Origin: Mobula hypostoma
Lineage: Eukaryota
Direction: 5' to 3'
DNA: 64,000 bases
NCBI RefSeq assembly: GCF_963921235.1
Contig: NC_086097.1
Location: 103,356,001 to 103,420,000, forward strand
Shown here: positions 12,730 through 26,371 of the stretch, piece after piece
Position numbering within the stretch: the first letter of the stretch is position 1
How the letters are laid out: the number at the start of each line of letters is the position of its first letter
Notes under the pieces: model-generated
What the model was told of the DNA's origin: nothing
Seen by the model: only the letters and a program-made list of their open reading frames with translations
Database searches by the model: none
Program-made: the position numbers and the translations under genes

Positions 12730-13144
12730 GTAAGTATATTGTTTAGTTTCCATATATTTCAAGTCCATCCTGATAGGGATGGGAATCTGGCAGCTTGTTT
12801 CCTAGTTTTTTTGAAATTCTTAGTTTTTTTTTTATTACTCAGTTTTTCCATTTTGCAGTTTTATTTGATTTCTAAGTTTCTTTTGGGTTTCTTGATTCTC
12901 TTGACTTATAGCAAAAGCAGCAAGTTATCTTGAAGGAATTCTGAAGAAGAAAGTTAAATGTAATCTGTATAGAGCTTAATTATTACTCTCCCAGTTGTTC
13001 ACCTAGTTGTTCACTTGTTTCTTTAGAAGCTACAGTAGTATATTGTAATATAACTTCTTGAACTGCTAACATGTCAGATGGTATATTGAATGCATTGAAT
13101 TTTCTGACACTGGAGAGAGTATTTTAGCCCATGTAAATTCATTT

Positions 13145-13720
13145 AAGTTAGTGCAGCACAGAAATACACCCTTTGGCCCACCACATCCACACTGATTTAT
13201 TTGCCTATATGTGCCTGCATTAGGTCCATTTACTTCTATGTCTTGCCTATTTAAGCATTGTCTAAATACCTCTAAGGCATCGTAATTTTATCTGAATGTA
13301 CATAATTCCAGATATCAACCACTTGCAGTGTAAAAATAAACTTGCTGCTCAGATCACCATTAGAACCTGTTCCTCTCACTTTAAACAGAGCCCTCTTGTT
13401 TTTGATTCCCCTACTATGAGAGGAAGGTTCTGAATATCTACCCTCTCTATGCCTCAGGTTCCTTAAGGAAAACATGCCCTGTCTATATATTCTGTCCCCA
13501 TAACTAAAATCCTCCAATCCAAGCAACAGCCTTGTGAATCTCCTCTGCAAACTCCCCTGTGTTGTTACATCCTTCTTATAATGTGATGAACAAAACTTTA
13601 TACAGTACTCCCAAGTGGACCCTAACCAGTATTTTGTCAAGATACAGCGAGATATCCCAACTCTTATTCAAGCCCCAGCCTGCGAAGGCAAGCATGTCAT
13701 GCTTTCTTCACCACTTAGTT
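13145..13720 (-). mobile_element. Old CR1 3' fragment
   Basis: ORF 13272-13640 carries EYCIKFCSSHYKKD...LQRRFTRLL. Confidence 0.75.
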
Positions 13721-14179
13721 AGCAGAGCATGCTTTGATGGGCCAGATGGCCCAATTTTGCTCCTACCATTTATGGTCTATACGTTCGATCAGTTGCTCTG
13801 AAGGAACTTTGAAGGACTTGGGTCTCTTGGTCTTCGTGTTCATCATGTTCTGTTTATTTTTCCCTAATGTACGTTTACTTTAAATGCTCCATGTGGTAAC
13901 AAGTTAAAATTTAAAATTTTCTGGAAAATGGAATGTACTCTGTATTGGATTTTTTGGTGACTGCTACATTGGAGGTGATTACTGAGATGGAAACTGGGCT
14001 TTGTATTGTCAATGCACAAAAGTAGGTGTTTGCTGATACTTAAGGTAAAGGCATAGTAATTAATTTAAAGATAGCTAGTTGTGACCCTATAGTTCTGGAA
14101 AATCAACTTTGGGATTATTGAGCTGCATTTGAATTATATTTCTAAACATCGATGACAATTATCCTTTTATTTCCTGTAG

Positions 14180-14385
14180 ATGTGTAAATGTACAGTTGGA
14201 ACACTTTTAGGCAATGAACATCCTGACCAAGATGTGCTGGACATATTTGGAACAGACAACCTTACCAAACTGAAAAGGCTACAGGAGCGCTTTGTTGCTC
14301 CACAGAATATTGGGGGGCCATGTCCTCCTCCAGCTTTCTCTGGTTGCCAAGTATTCTTCAGAGATTTTCTTTTATGTGCAGGGAG
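14180..14385 (+). CDS. CDAN1: Codanin-1 exon B (206 nt, phase 0 to 2): MCKCTVG...[38 protein letters not shown]
   Basis: Acceptor ttcctgtag and donor AG|gttggt. Matches the codanin-1 motif [31 protein letters not shown]. Confidence 0.95.
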
Positions 14386-14839
14386 GTTGGTTTTGCTTTA
14401 ATTTACTTTATAATCTTAATGAAATAATGTATAATCATTTAATCGAATATTAATTTCTCTGAAGTCATTTAATTAGCTTAGATTCAGCGTGGACTTGATA
14501 GAGCACTCCCTCTCCAGCTTATCATCTTGAGTTCATGCACCTTTATTATTTGTTCTCTGATTAGTGAAAATAAACTGTCTTTCCAGCCTGCTAACAGTTT
14601 CTTGTATTCAAACAACAGAAAGAACATAAAACTTAGAAAATAGAATAGCACAATACAGGAACAAGCCACTTGGTTAAAATGTTGTGCTGAACTAATTAAA
14701 ACTACGGGGACTTCCGGGTCATCAAGGGAATGGCGGTGTAAGGAAAAGGTGTCTCAGCCAAAAAGAAGGTAAACTGCCCCAAAATCGAATTTAGACAAAT
14801 ACTTAATATTGTATAACTATATTAATAAAAGGGGCAAGG

Positions 14840-15729
14840 ATGATGTCTAAGAACAAGATTAAAAGGTCTGCTCTGAAGGCTGATAAACACAAAGAGACGC
14901 AGCAAGGTGACGGGCCTAGCTCCCCCACGGCAAGCCAGGACGGAGCTAATGAGCGGGAATCGGTGACTCTGTCTTTGATTCTCAGAGAGATTCGCGAGTT
15001 CCGACAAGATAACAACAAACAGCTGGAGGATATTAAAGGAGAAATAGTAAAAACTAACTTGAGGATAGATGAAGCCGAAGCGAGGATTGTTGGAATTGAA
15101 GAGAAGCTACAAAACGCAGAGGAAGTGATAGCAGAAATGCTAAAGCTGCAAGAGCAGCTCCAGTGGAAGCTCATAGACCAAGAAAGCCGCTCAAGAAGGG
15201 AAAATGTGAGGATCTACGGAGTTCCCGAAGGAACTGAAGGTAAACTCGGATTGATGATTCCCTTCGTGGAGAAGCTACTTAGAGAGAACCTTCATATACT
15301 GGACGCAAAAGACCTACAGATAGAAAGGGCTCACGCGCGTTGGCACCACAGCCTCCGGCAGGCGCCCAGCCCAGATCAATTCTGGTCAGATTTCTCAGTT
15401 ACAGAACGAAGGAAGAGGTGCTTAAACGGGCATGGCAAAAGAAAGGTTTCATGTGGAGCAACTGTAGAATCAGTTTAGGCCACGATTACGCACCGGGGAT
15501 CCTTGCCAGACGGAAGGAATATGCGGAAACACGGAGGGTCCTGAAGGAAAACAACATCAGATTCCAGACCCTGTATCCAGCTCAGCTGAAAGTCTTTTAC
15601 AATGAAGGGACAAAAACTTACGCTACGGTGGAGGAGGCAACGTTGGACCTGGCGGACCGGGGTCTACCTATTGAAGTTATCACCCAACCGGAGTCGCTAC
15701 TGGAGAGGATTCGGCAGAAGTCATGGTAG
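14840..15729 (+). pseudogene. L1 ORF1p (coiled coil plus RRM/CTD), one frameshift near 15335
   Basis: Motifs ESRSRRENVRIYGVPE and IERAH in one frame, then PRSILVRF and YPAQLKV in the next frame. Confidence 0.9.
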
Positions 15730-16181
15730 TTAGTGGGGCGAGGACACTCCACACGAGCCAGAGGGTCAAACTACAAGGAAAAGCTGCAAATAGTCAGACG
15801 CGAATGTACAGAGAATACAGACTAATTAAGAGAAATGACTGAAAAGAGTAAATCGGACTCAAAGGTAAAATGAAAGCTGGTATCTGAAAATAAACTAGAT
15901 GGAATAACTTGAATGATAGCAATATGGTCGAGACATAAATAGGAGAAAATTCTCTATGATTATTCACACTGCTGAGGGCCCTCTAACACAGGGTGAAGAT
16001 ATAGGTTATCCCTCTGAACTGAGGCGGGTTGGTGCTCACGCCTCACTGTGGGAAGTCGGGAAAAATTTTCAAATGTTATACGTTCAAAAATGTCTAGGTT
16101 ATATGTTTTGGTTTACTGTGGAGAAGGGATTGCTTACTGTTTGGTTAGAAAAGGAGAGTGTTTTTTTTCTACTAGAGAAAA

Positions 16182-19100
16182 ATGCAAATTGAATTGGTAA
16201 AAATAATTTCCTATAATGTTAATGGGGTTTTGAATCCAATTAAAAGAAATAAGATTATGTCTAAATTGAAAAAAGAGAGGGCACAAATAGCTTTCCTCCA
16301 GGAAACACATATGAGCCAATCTGAACATGGAAAATTAAAAAGAATGGGCTTTAAGCATGTATTTTATTCATCATATAAATTGAGCCACAAAAGAGGGGTA
16401 GCTACTTTAATATCAAGTACTCTTAATTATGAACATATTTCAGAGACTAAAGACAAAGATGGAAGATTTGTAAAAATTACAGGAAGAATAGAAGGTACAG
16501 AAATAACATTGCTGAATGTTTATGCTCCTCCAGGTTGTGAATGGTTGTTTTATAGACACATTTTTGACCTAATGGTCAGTTCTCAAGGGGTAGTAATTTG
16601 TGGAGGGGGTTTTAATATTAGATTAAATCCTATATTAGATTCTTCAAGAATAGTTACTCAGAATAAACCTCTGACTCGAAAAATGAATTTATTGATGGAG
16701 GAGTTGGGAATTATAGATGTGTGGAGAGAATTACACCCCACTAGTAAAGATTATACACATTACTCTTTCCCTCATTCAGCCTATTCAAGGATAGACTATT
16801 TCTTTATCTTTAATACAGATAGACTCAGGATAAAAAACTGTAATATTGCAACAATTGATCTGTCAGATCATAGCTCAGTCTCTATGTCTCTAATCCTGGA
16901 AAGGAGAATGAGGAAAACACTATGGAGGTTAAACTCAGATATACTCAATAACCCGAAAGTAATGGAGAGATTAAGGGGAGAAATCAAAGAATACCTAGAC
17001 CTTAATGACACGGGAGAAACATCACCAGTGATCTTATGGGATACATTGAAAGCTGTACTGAGAGGGAAAATTATTTCCATTACCACTCACATGAAAAAAA
17101 TCAATGCACAAAAATTAGCAGACCTTCAAGGAAAATTAAAACAACTTCAAGTTGTAGATAGCAACAAAAGTAATTCAAATTTAAAACAGGAAATTAGGAA
17201 ATTGCAAAGTGAAATTGACAATATTTATACGTTGGAAACTCAAAAGAAATTTTCTTTACCTGAGACAAAAGAATTATGAAGTAGGCGGTAAATCAGCTAG
17301 ATTATTAGCATATAAATTACGAAAACAACAAGCAGACAATACAATTCATAAAATAAAGAATCCAAAGACAAAGCTTGTGGAGAGTACAATAGGGAAAATT
17401 CAAGGGAGTTTTGAAACATATTATCGAGAACTGTACTCCCAACCCCGGGCCTCCAATGAGCCCTATATAGACAGTTTATTGAATTCTTTAGATCTACCTA
17501 AACTTACAGATTTACAAAATAAAAGTCTGTTAGAACCAGTAACTGCCAAAGAACTGAATGTGGCCATCTCTAGTTTAAAGGCTGGAAAGTCCCCAGGTTC
17601 TGATGGGTTTACCTCAGAGTGGTACAAATCCCCGAAGTCACAGTTAGCCCCATTACTACTTAACACCTTTAATTGGATCTTGCAGAGAAGAGAAACTCCA
17701 CCTTCCTGGAGAAAAGCGATTATTTCAGTTATTCCTAAAGAGGGTAAAGATAAACTAGAATGTGGCAATTATGGCCAATTAGTGTTATTAATTTAGATTA
17801 CAAACTATTTACATCTGTATTAGCGCACAGATTGGAAAAGCTCTTACCTGGCCTAATCCATTTAGACCAGACTGGATTTATTCAACAAAGAGAAACACAG
17901 GACAACATAAGGAGAACTCTACATATATTAGAACAGGTTAATAAGAACGAGATAGAGACAATGGTAGTAGGATTAGACGCTGAGACAGCTTTTGATTCGG
18001 TTAGTTGGGCATTCCTATACAGAGTGTTAGGAAAATTCAGCTTTCAAGAAAAGTTTATTAAAGTAATTCAGACTCTATATGACAGCCTTACAGCTCGAAT
18101 TAATATAAATGGGGACCTCTCTGACTCCTTTATTTTAGAGAGAGGCACTAGACAGGGATGCCCAATTTCTCCTCTCCTTTTCGCGCTATATATTGAACCG
18201 CTTGCCCAACTAAATAAGACAGAGCGTAATTGTAAGAGGTAGCAAGGTGGCAGGGATTGAACAGAAAGTGGCGTTGTTCGCAGATGATGTTTTAGTCTAT
18301 CTGAGTGAACCAGAAAAATCATTTATAGGATTGTTTACACTGTTGGATGACTTTGGGAAAATATCAGGTTATAAAATAAATGTAAAGAAAACACAGGTTA
18401 TGTCCCTAAATTATACACCATCCAAAAAATTGCAGGATACATATGATCTTAAGTGGGAAGCTAAATCATTAAAATATTTAGGAATAACCCTGCCGAAGGA
18501 TCTTTCAGCGCTGTCACAGGTAAATTATGGGCCATTAATCTCAGAGATAAAAGCAGATATGCATAGATGGAATCTTAACCCCTTTTTAAGTTTAAATTCA
18601 AGGATAAATACTATAAAAATGAATATTCTTCCTCGGTTACTGTATCTTTTCCGTACTTTACCTGTGGATGTGGATGATAATCAATTCAGGGAATGGGACA
18701 AATGGATTTCCCGCTTCATTTGGTAAGGAAAGAAGCCTAGAATTCGATATAACACCTTACAGTTAGGGAAGGAAGGAGGAGGCATGGTTCTTCCTTGCCT
18801 GAGAAATTATTTTTATGCCTCACAGATAACCCCTCTGCTATATTGGTGTAATAGGGAATATAAGGCTAGATGGAAGGAAATAGAATTTGGATTGGTTGAC
18901 AGTTTTCCTCTACAGGCCTCAGTAGCTGACAAAGGATTGATAGCCCAATTGGAAAAATTTAAAAACAGTTGGATAAGTTTTACATTAAAAGTATGGCAGA
19001 AGGTGGTTAATTCATGTGGAATTAATAACATGTTAAAACTCTTCAGAAGATGTGCATATGATACCGAATTCCTTCCCAACAGAGGAGATAAAAGATTTGA

Positions 19101-20051
19101 ACTATGGATAAAGAAAGGTCTTACAACCTACCTCTCATTTATAGATAAAAGAGTATTACAAAGTTTCCAAATCCTGCAGGACAAACATGGCCTAGAACAC
19201 AATGACTTTTTAAACGTCGACTGCGCCTCTTCCTATAGATGCTGCTTGGCCTGCTGCATTCACCAGCAACTTTGATGTGTGTTGCTTGACTTTTTAGGTA
19301 CCTTCAAGTACGAAATTATGTTAACCAGAGTTGCAGCTATACAGACCTATCAACAGAATTAGAATTTTTCAAGATTCTTAATTCGGCTTGCAGTTCAATA
19401 TCTAGTAAATCAGTTTCTCGATTATATAATGCACTCTCCCATGCTAAAAATGTAAACACATTGTATATTAAAGAGAAGTGGGAGAAAGAAGCGGGGTTGG
19501 TACTTTCAGAGGAGGCTTGGGGGAAAATATGCAGCTTTCTGTGGTCTTCGACTAATTCTTTGACTTGGAGAGAACACTGTTGGAAAAATATTATAAGTTA
19601 CTTCAAGACCCCATATCAGGAAAAATATAAAGATACAAGCGTGACGTGTTGGAGAAGGTGCGGCTCCAAGAAGGCAAATCATTTCCATATTTTCTGGGAT
19701 TGTCCTAAATTAAGTCTATATTGGGAAGGTATTCATAGAACATTAGTTAAGGTATTTAGGACCCAGATACCTCTGAACTTTGAGACGCTCTATTTGGGGC
19801 ATGTATTGTTTCTTGAACAGAAGGAAGATTTAAAGTTGCTGCAGGCCCTTTTAGCGGCAAGTAAGAAATCAATCACTAGAAAGTGGCTAAATCCAATACC
19901 ACCTACATTAGCAGACTGGCACGAAATTATCTTGGAAATATTTAAAATGGAAAAGTTGACTTACTCCCTGAGAAGTCAAAAAGAAAAATTTTATCAAATC
20001 TGGAATAAATGGATTGAATATATAACCCCAAAGCGAGCAGACTTTAGATGA
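16182..20051 (+). pseudogene. L1 ORF2p (APE endonuclease, RT, Cys-rich domain), multiply disrupted
   Basis: Motifs SYNVNG, FLQETH, YSRIDY, LSDH, RGTRQGCPISPLLF, LFADD and CWRRC...HIFWDC across several frames. GGDFN reads GGGFN. An in-frame stop and a Penelope insert are also present. Confidence 0.92.
19213..19286 (+). mobile_element. Penelope-like mini-insert inside L1 ORF2
   Basis: Exact 10-bp TSD TGACTTTTTA at 19203-19212 and 19287-19296. The insert starts AACGTCGAC. Confidence 0.88.
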
Positions 20052-20779
20052 CTCTCCTAATGATTTATACTGCTCTTCTCATCAACACAGTAATATTGCT
20101 AACGTAAGCATCCCTAGTCTAAATGTTTACTGTTTTTGTTTTTTTTTTTGGAAAATAGAGAATTAATACAAGTAAAGGAAAAGATTTGGGTAAGGGATAA
20201 AAAATGATAAAATTAAGTAAATAAGTACATAGGGATTGGATAATTATGTTTGGGGGCAGGAGCAAGTATGAACAAGTTAGGATATAAACCTCTACATTGG
20301 TTGTTACATAGGCTTACATACAACATTTTGGACCAGAAGAAATGATCCAGAAGAGATATATGGAAACTATTACTAATCCACTATTATTACTATTTTTCTT
20401 AACAATTAATACCATTATTTAGCCTAATAGATTAGAATTTCCACTGTACATAATTATCTATTTGTGTCTAATTTCTTTTTATATCATCTCAATGTGTACT
20501 TAAGAATGTATAAATAATTATAGATTTATACATATAAAAAAATGGAAAAGATTATACATGTGAAAAAAGTACGATACTTGTGAATTCCTTATCCAAATAA
20601 AAATAAAAAATTTTTTAAAAAAAGAACTAATTAAACTAATGCACCTAATTCCTTCTGCCTGTATGTGGTCCATATCCCTCCATTCTTTGTACATTCATAT
20701 GACTATCTGAGCTGCTTAAAGTCTTAACATATCTGCCTCCACCACTATTCTTTTTAGGGAATTCCAGGCATCCTCTACG

Positions 20780-21210
20780 TAAGTATCATCACAAACAAGA
20801 CTTGACAGTGCCTGTACTGTTTTAGAAGTTTGTGTGAAATTGACATGTCACAAAAAATGTTCATGCTTCTGAAGATGCACAATGTGGAGTATCCTAACTG
20901 GATGTATCTTGGCCCGGTTTGGAAACATAATGCCCACAAATGGAAAATGCTTCAGGAAATGGTAGATGAAGCCCAGTCCATCACAGAGGAAATGCTCTCC
21001 ACCATTGAGTGGAACGCTACTATAAAAAAGCAGCATCCATCATCAAAAACTCCCACCATCCAGGCCATGCTCTCTTCTCGCTATTACCATCAGGCAGGAG
21101 GTATAGAAGCCTTTGGTCTCACACTACCTGGTTCAGGAACAATTATTATCCTACGACCATCAGGCTCATGAACTGGCATGCATGCCCTCATTCACCACTA
21201 CTCTGAACTA
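20780..21210 (+). mobile_element. Rex1/Babar-type LINE 3' fragment
   Basis: C-terminal motif KKAASIIK..HHPGHALFSLLPSGRRYRSL. Confidence 0.75.
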
Positions 21211-21863
21211 TTCTTCTCATAAAAAACATTAGCACTACTTGCTTATGTTGTGATTTTCTAAATATCCAGTCACTACTTCCTTAAAAATTGAAGCCAGTAT
21301 TTTCCGGTGACAAATTTGTCAAGCCTATAGTTTCATGATCACTTGTATTAATAATAAGACTTAAATTTCTGGTATCTAATTTAGTGGAACATTTACAGAA
21401 TCTGAGAAGTTTTTGCAGCAGGACATTTGTGTTCAAGTGCTATTAAGCATTTCATCCCATTGGTTTACTTAATACATTTTCCTAGTGTTTCTTCTCAGTT
21501 TCTCCTTCCTCTTTGGCTCTAGAAAATGGTGGAAGATGATTTTTACTGGTCAAAAGAGAGATAGAGTGGCTGTAATCCAGGAAGCTTGACAGTGTGAACC
21601 AGAACCCCCAGATTCAATTTTGAAATTGCTGTTAAATAGTTAGTTCTTTCAGTGCTCCCTTGCAACTTTTCCTGCAAAATCGTTAATCAGTTACTATTCC
21701 ACATAACAAAATTGATTTGTGTTTATAAAATAATTATTCTTCTGTGGGTAGAAAGTGGTTCTTTCCAGAACCTTTTATACTAATCAATACTCACTTGGTA
21801 TACGACTTTGTTGGCACTTCATTCTTTGAAAGGACTTATTTGTCATTTTTTCCTCTGATGCAG

Positions 21864-21978
21864 CCATCAGTTGAACCAACACTTGTCAGACACTTTGTGT
21901 CAGCAGATTTTGGAGCTGGATGGCATTACCATCCTTAGGCACAAGTCCTCAGGAGGTGAGGCAGACATGGATGAACAG
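21864..21978 (+). CDS. CDAN1: Codanin-1 exon C (115 nt, phase 2 to 0): (S)HQLNQHLSDTLCQQILELDGITILRHKSSGGEADMDEQ
   Basis: Acceptor tcctctgatgcag and donor CAG|gtaaat. Resembles human [20 protein letters not shown]...GESDVDWQ. Phase fits exons B and D. Confidence 0.92.
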
Positions 21979-23321
21979 GTAAATTATGATACAATATGTG
22001 TTGTTCATTTTATGTTGTTTGTGATCTTCAAAATCCTTTGCTGACAATAGATTGTTTTCTCTTTTTGATATAACTAATTTCCTGAATATCTAATTGTTTG
22101 ATTATGTAGACTGCATCAACTAAATAATTCTTCCCAAAGCCCTAATAATAACTTTTGGGTCTAAAGTTTAGCACAATTGATTGTATGGAAGTTGCTTGGT
22201 AGTTTATGATTATATAGGTGAGCAAATATTGAATTTGTGTGTTCAATTTCCATCTTGCTGCTGGAGTGGATCAGGCATTTCACAGATAAACACTTTTTTA
22301 AAGTTGCTACACCTGGTGAATTGGTGACAGTACTCAAAACAGTTCCGTGTTAGGCTGAACAGTCAGAGGAGTATTGTTAAGACCAGCCATGAACTTGTAG
22401 AACATGCTTCAAGACCTAAGGGCTGACTTGTACTCATATTTAAAGTGTGCGCAGCCCCGACTGCTTCGCTCCTGTATTTTTGGGAAGATGTTGTGGAGCA
22501 AGAGAACACATCTTCATTTGTGTAAAGTGGAGGTGTGTTTATTTGATCAATCTTCCTATAGCAAGTTCATTTGACATGGACAGAGACCCACTAAGTCCAT
22601 GCTGACCATTAAGCACCATTTTCCACATTCCTTCCGGAATCTATCCTCAAATCTTACATTTTCTGAGAAAACACGTATTTAGTACTGAATCCAAATATAT
22701 CAATTAAGTCTTCATCTGTGTTGTCATGTGTTCTTGTGCTGGACTAGGCCACTAGTTGTCATGAAGTTGCTACAAAGACTGTTAGAAGCCTGTAACCTCT
22801 GGTGCAGAGGTTAGGGGTTATCCCATGGATTGTTTATTCATTTTACCAGCTTCTACATCAGCTTTATCAATGGTGTAATTTTTGCAGAGCAGCAATTCCT
22901 TTTGTGTGGTGATAGTAATCTTGTAAGTTGCCATCAAGGAAACTTGAGTATCTGATAAGTCTGAACTGACTTATTGGAGCATTGAGAGTTAGTTCCACTA
23001 TTTGTCTACGCCACTGTGATGCCTGGGTAATTCAGTAAAAAAAAATCTGTACTGCAGTTCATGTTAAAGTGAAAAAAATTTCAATCCAAAATTTAGATTA
23101 TCAGAATTGTAGATAATATAAGAAGAATTTTACTGTTAAATATCTCATTATTGGATGATATGGGTGGTGTTGTGGTTAAAGATGAATTTTGGTGGGGTTT
23201 TCATTTTGCAAACTATTAATTCACCCAAACTTTGAAAATGAGGGTATTCAGATTGGCTAAAACCTACATTTTATTTTGTGATTCAAGCAAAATGGCCATC
23301 AGTCAAATTGTAAAATTTGTT

Positions 23322-23468
23322 AACACGAGGAATTCTGCAGATGCTGGAAATTCAAGCTACACACATCAAAGTTGCTGGTGAACACAGCAGGCCTGGCAGC
23401 ACCTCTAGGAAGAGGTACAGTCAACGTTTTGGGCCGAGACCCTTTGTCAGCCTGGCTTGCTGGCGTTG
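23322..23468 (-). mobile_element. Penelope-like mini-insert with a short inverted piece
   Basis: Exact 12-bp TSD GTAAAATTTGTT at 23310-23321 and 23469-23480. The minus-strand part starts at the decayed core CTGACAAAGGG. Confidence 0.88.
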
Positions 23469-24035
23469 GTAAAATTTGTTTTTGTCTAAGAAAACACTTT
23501 GTTCGCTCTATTAAATTATAAATCCTTTACCATAAGGAATAAATAGAAATTTAGCAAAAATAAGATTTGGACATTGAATCTATGTTAAATCCAAAATATT
23601 GGAAATGTCTGTTCAAAATAAGCTATTGCTCTGTGCCTTGTGTACTGCTGTCTCTGTGTGTGAAGTAGGAAGTACACAACTCAGCAGTCAGCCAAACTCC
23701 ATTCGTTTGAACACAGGAGTCAGGATGTAGCATCCAAGCTCCAGGTACTTTATTGGGCAGCACTCACATATTCAATTGAAAAAGAATAAAACTGAGGGGA
23801 ACAGAGAAGTACCATAAGTACTTAATGCTGCAAATTTCTGATAAGACCATAAGACATAGGAGCAGAATTGGGCCATTCAGCCCATGGAGTCTGTTCCACC
23901 ATTCTATCATGGCTGATTCTGGATCCCACTCAACCCTATACACCTATCTTCTCGCCATTTCCTATGAAGCCCTGACCAATCAGGAAACGATCAACTTCCA
24001 CTTTAAATATACCCATGGACTTGGCCTCCACCGTA

Positions 24036-25281
24036 GTATAGAAACATAGAAAATAGGTGCAGGAGTAGGCCATTCGGCCCTTCGAGCCTGCACCGCCATT
24101 TATTATGATCATGGCTGATCATCCAACTCAGAACCCCGCCCCAGCCTTCCCTCCATACCCCCCGACCCCCGTAGCCACAAGGGCCATATCTAATTCCCTC
24201 TTAAATATAGCCAATGAACTGGCCTCAACAGTTTCCTGTGGCAGAGAATTCCACAGATTCACCACTCTCTGTGTGAAGAAGTTTTTCCTAATCTCGGTCC
24301 TAAAAGGCTTCCCCTCTATCCTCAAACGGTGGCCCCTCGTTCTGGACTTCCCCAACATCGGGAACAATCTTCCTGCATCTAGCCTGTCCAATCCCTTTAG
24401 GATCTTATACGTTTCAATCAGATCCCCCCTCAATCTTCTAAATTCCAGCGAGTACAAGCCCAGTTCATCCAGTCTTTCTTCATATGAAAGTCCTGCCATC
24501 CTAGGAATCAATCTGGTGAACCTTCTTTGTACTCCCTCTATGGCAAAGATGTCTTTCCTTAGATTAGGGGACCAAAACTGCACACAATACTCCAGGTGTG
24601 GTCTCACCAAGGCCTTGTACAACTGCAGTAGGACCTCCCTGCTCCTATACTCGAATCCTCTCGCTATAAATGCCAGCATACCATTCGCCTTTTTCACCGC
24701 CTGCTGTACCCGCATGCCCACTTTCAATGACTGGTGTATAATGACACCCAGGTCTCGTTGCACCTCCCCTTTTCCTAATTGGCCACCATTCAGATAATAA
24801 TCTGTTTTCCTATTTTTGCCACCAAAGTGGATAACTTCACATTTATCCACATTAAATTGCATCTGCCATGAATTTGCCCACTCACCTAACCTATCCAAGT
24901 CACCCTGCATCCTCTTAGCATCCTCCTCACTGCTAACACTGCCACCCAGCTTCGTGTCATCCGCAAACTTGGAGATGCTGCATTTAATTCCCTCATCCAA
25001 GTCATTAATATATATTGTAAACAACTGGGGTCCCAGCACTGAGTCTTGCGGTACCCCACTAGTCACCGCCTGCCATTCTGAAAAGGTCCCGTTTATTCCC
25101 ACTCTTTGCTTCCTGTCTGCTAACCAATTCTCCACCCACACCAATACCTTACCCCCAATACCGTGTGCTTTAAGTTTTCACACTAATCTCCTGTGTGGGA
25201 CCTTGTCAAAAGCCTTTTGAAAATCCAAATATACCACATCCACTGGTTCTCCCCTATCCACTCTACTAGTTACATCCTCAA
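24036..25281 (-). mobile_element. Young CR1 LINE, 5'-truncated copy 1
   Basis: Open RT ORF 24128-25144 (SKFADDTKLGG) and tail TTTCTATGTTTCTAT. Near-identical to 37690-38925. Confidence 0.95.
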
Positions 25282-26371
25282 ACAAATATAAATGTCTCTT
25301 AAAGACATTTGCAATCTTCCAGTACTCTGGGACCATGCCAGAATCAAGTGATTCTTGAAAGATCATGACCAATGCCCTCATTATCTCTTCAGCAACCTCT
25401 CTCAGGACTCTGGGATGTAGTCCATCTGGTCCAGGTGATTTATCCACCTTAAGACCTTTGAGTTTGCCTGGTATTTTTTCCAATGGCACTCATTCCTGCT
25501 CCCTGACACTCATGGACCTCTGGCACGCTGCTAGTGTCTTCCACAGTGATGAGAGATGCAAAGTACCCATAAGTTCATCTGCCATTTCTTTGTCTCCCAT
25601 TACTACCTTACCAGCATCATTTTCCAGTGGTCCAATATCAACTGTCACCTCCCTTTTACTCTTTATATAACTGAAAATCTTTGGTATTATGTTATTGGCT
25701 AGTTTGCTGTTATATGTCATTTCCCTTCTTATGGCTTTTTTAGTTGCTTTTTGCTGGATTTTAAAAGCTTGCCAATCATCCAACTTCCCACTTACTTTTG
25801 TTACCTTATATGCACTTTCTTTGGCTACTATGCAGTCTTATGCAGTTTCTTTGTCAACCATGGCTGCTTGCCCCTGCCACTTGAGAACTTCTATAGGACA
25901 TATCTATTCTGTGCCTTGTGAACTATTCCCAGAAACTTCAGCCACCTCTGCTCTGTCGTCATCCCACCAGTATCCTCCTCCAATCCACCTGGGCAAGCTC
26001 AACTGTCATGTCTTTGTAATTCCCTTTATTCAATATTTGCAGTACTGATGCATGAGACTTATGCTTCACTCTCTCAAATTCAATCATATTATAAATCACT
26101 GCCTCCTAAGGGTTTCTTTGCATTCTCCCTAATAAGATCTGGTTTATTACACAACGCCCAGTCTAAGATAGCCTTTCCCCTAGTAGGCTCAAGCACAAGC
26201 TGCTCTGAAAAGCCATCTTGTAGGCATTCAACAAATTCCTTCTCTTGCAATCCAATACCAACTTGATTTTCCTGGTCCCCTTGCATATTGAAGTCCCTCA
26301 TTACAATTGTGACATTACCCTTATTACATGCCTTTTCCAGATGCCTTTGCAATCTTAACCCCACTGTGCTC

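Larger units (their letters stand above)
14705..20623 (+). mobile_element. Full-length L1-clade LINE (disabled), sense to CDAN1, inserted in an old CR1 tail
   Basis: TSD GAACTAATTAAA(A)CTA at 14689-14704 and 20624-20638. 5' end GGGGACTTCCGG, then ORF1, ORF2, AATAAA at 20596 and an A-rich tail. Confidence 0.95.

Noticed and set aside
24105..24797. 230-aa ORF MIMADHPTQNPAPAF..., repeated at 38165-38857 and 55234-55932
   Set aside because: It is the antisense shadow frame of the CR1 RT C-terminus. It recurs only because the element recurs, and there is no independent evidence of a gene.
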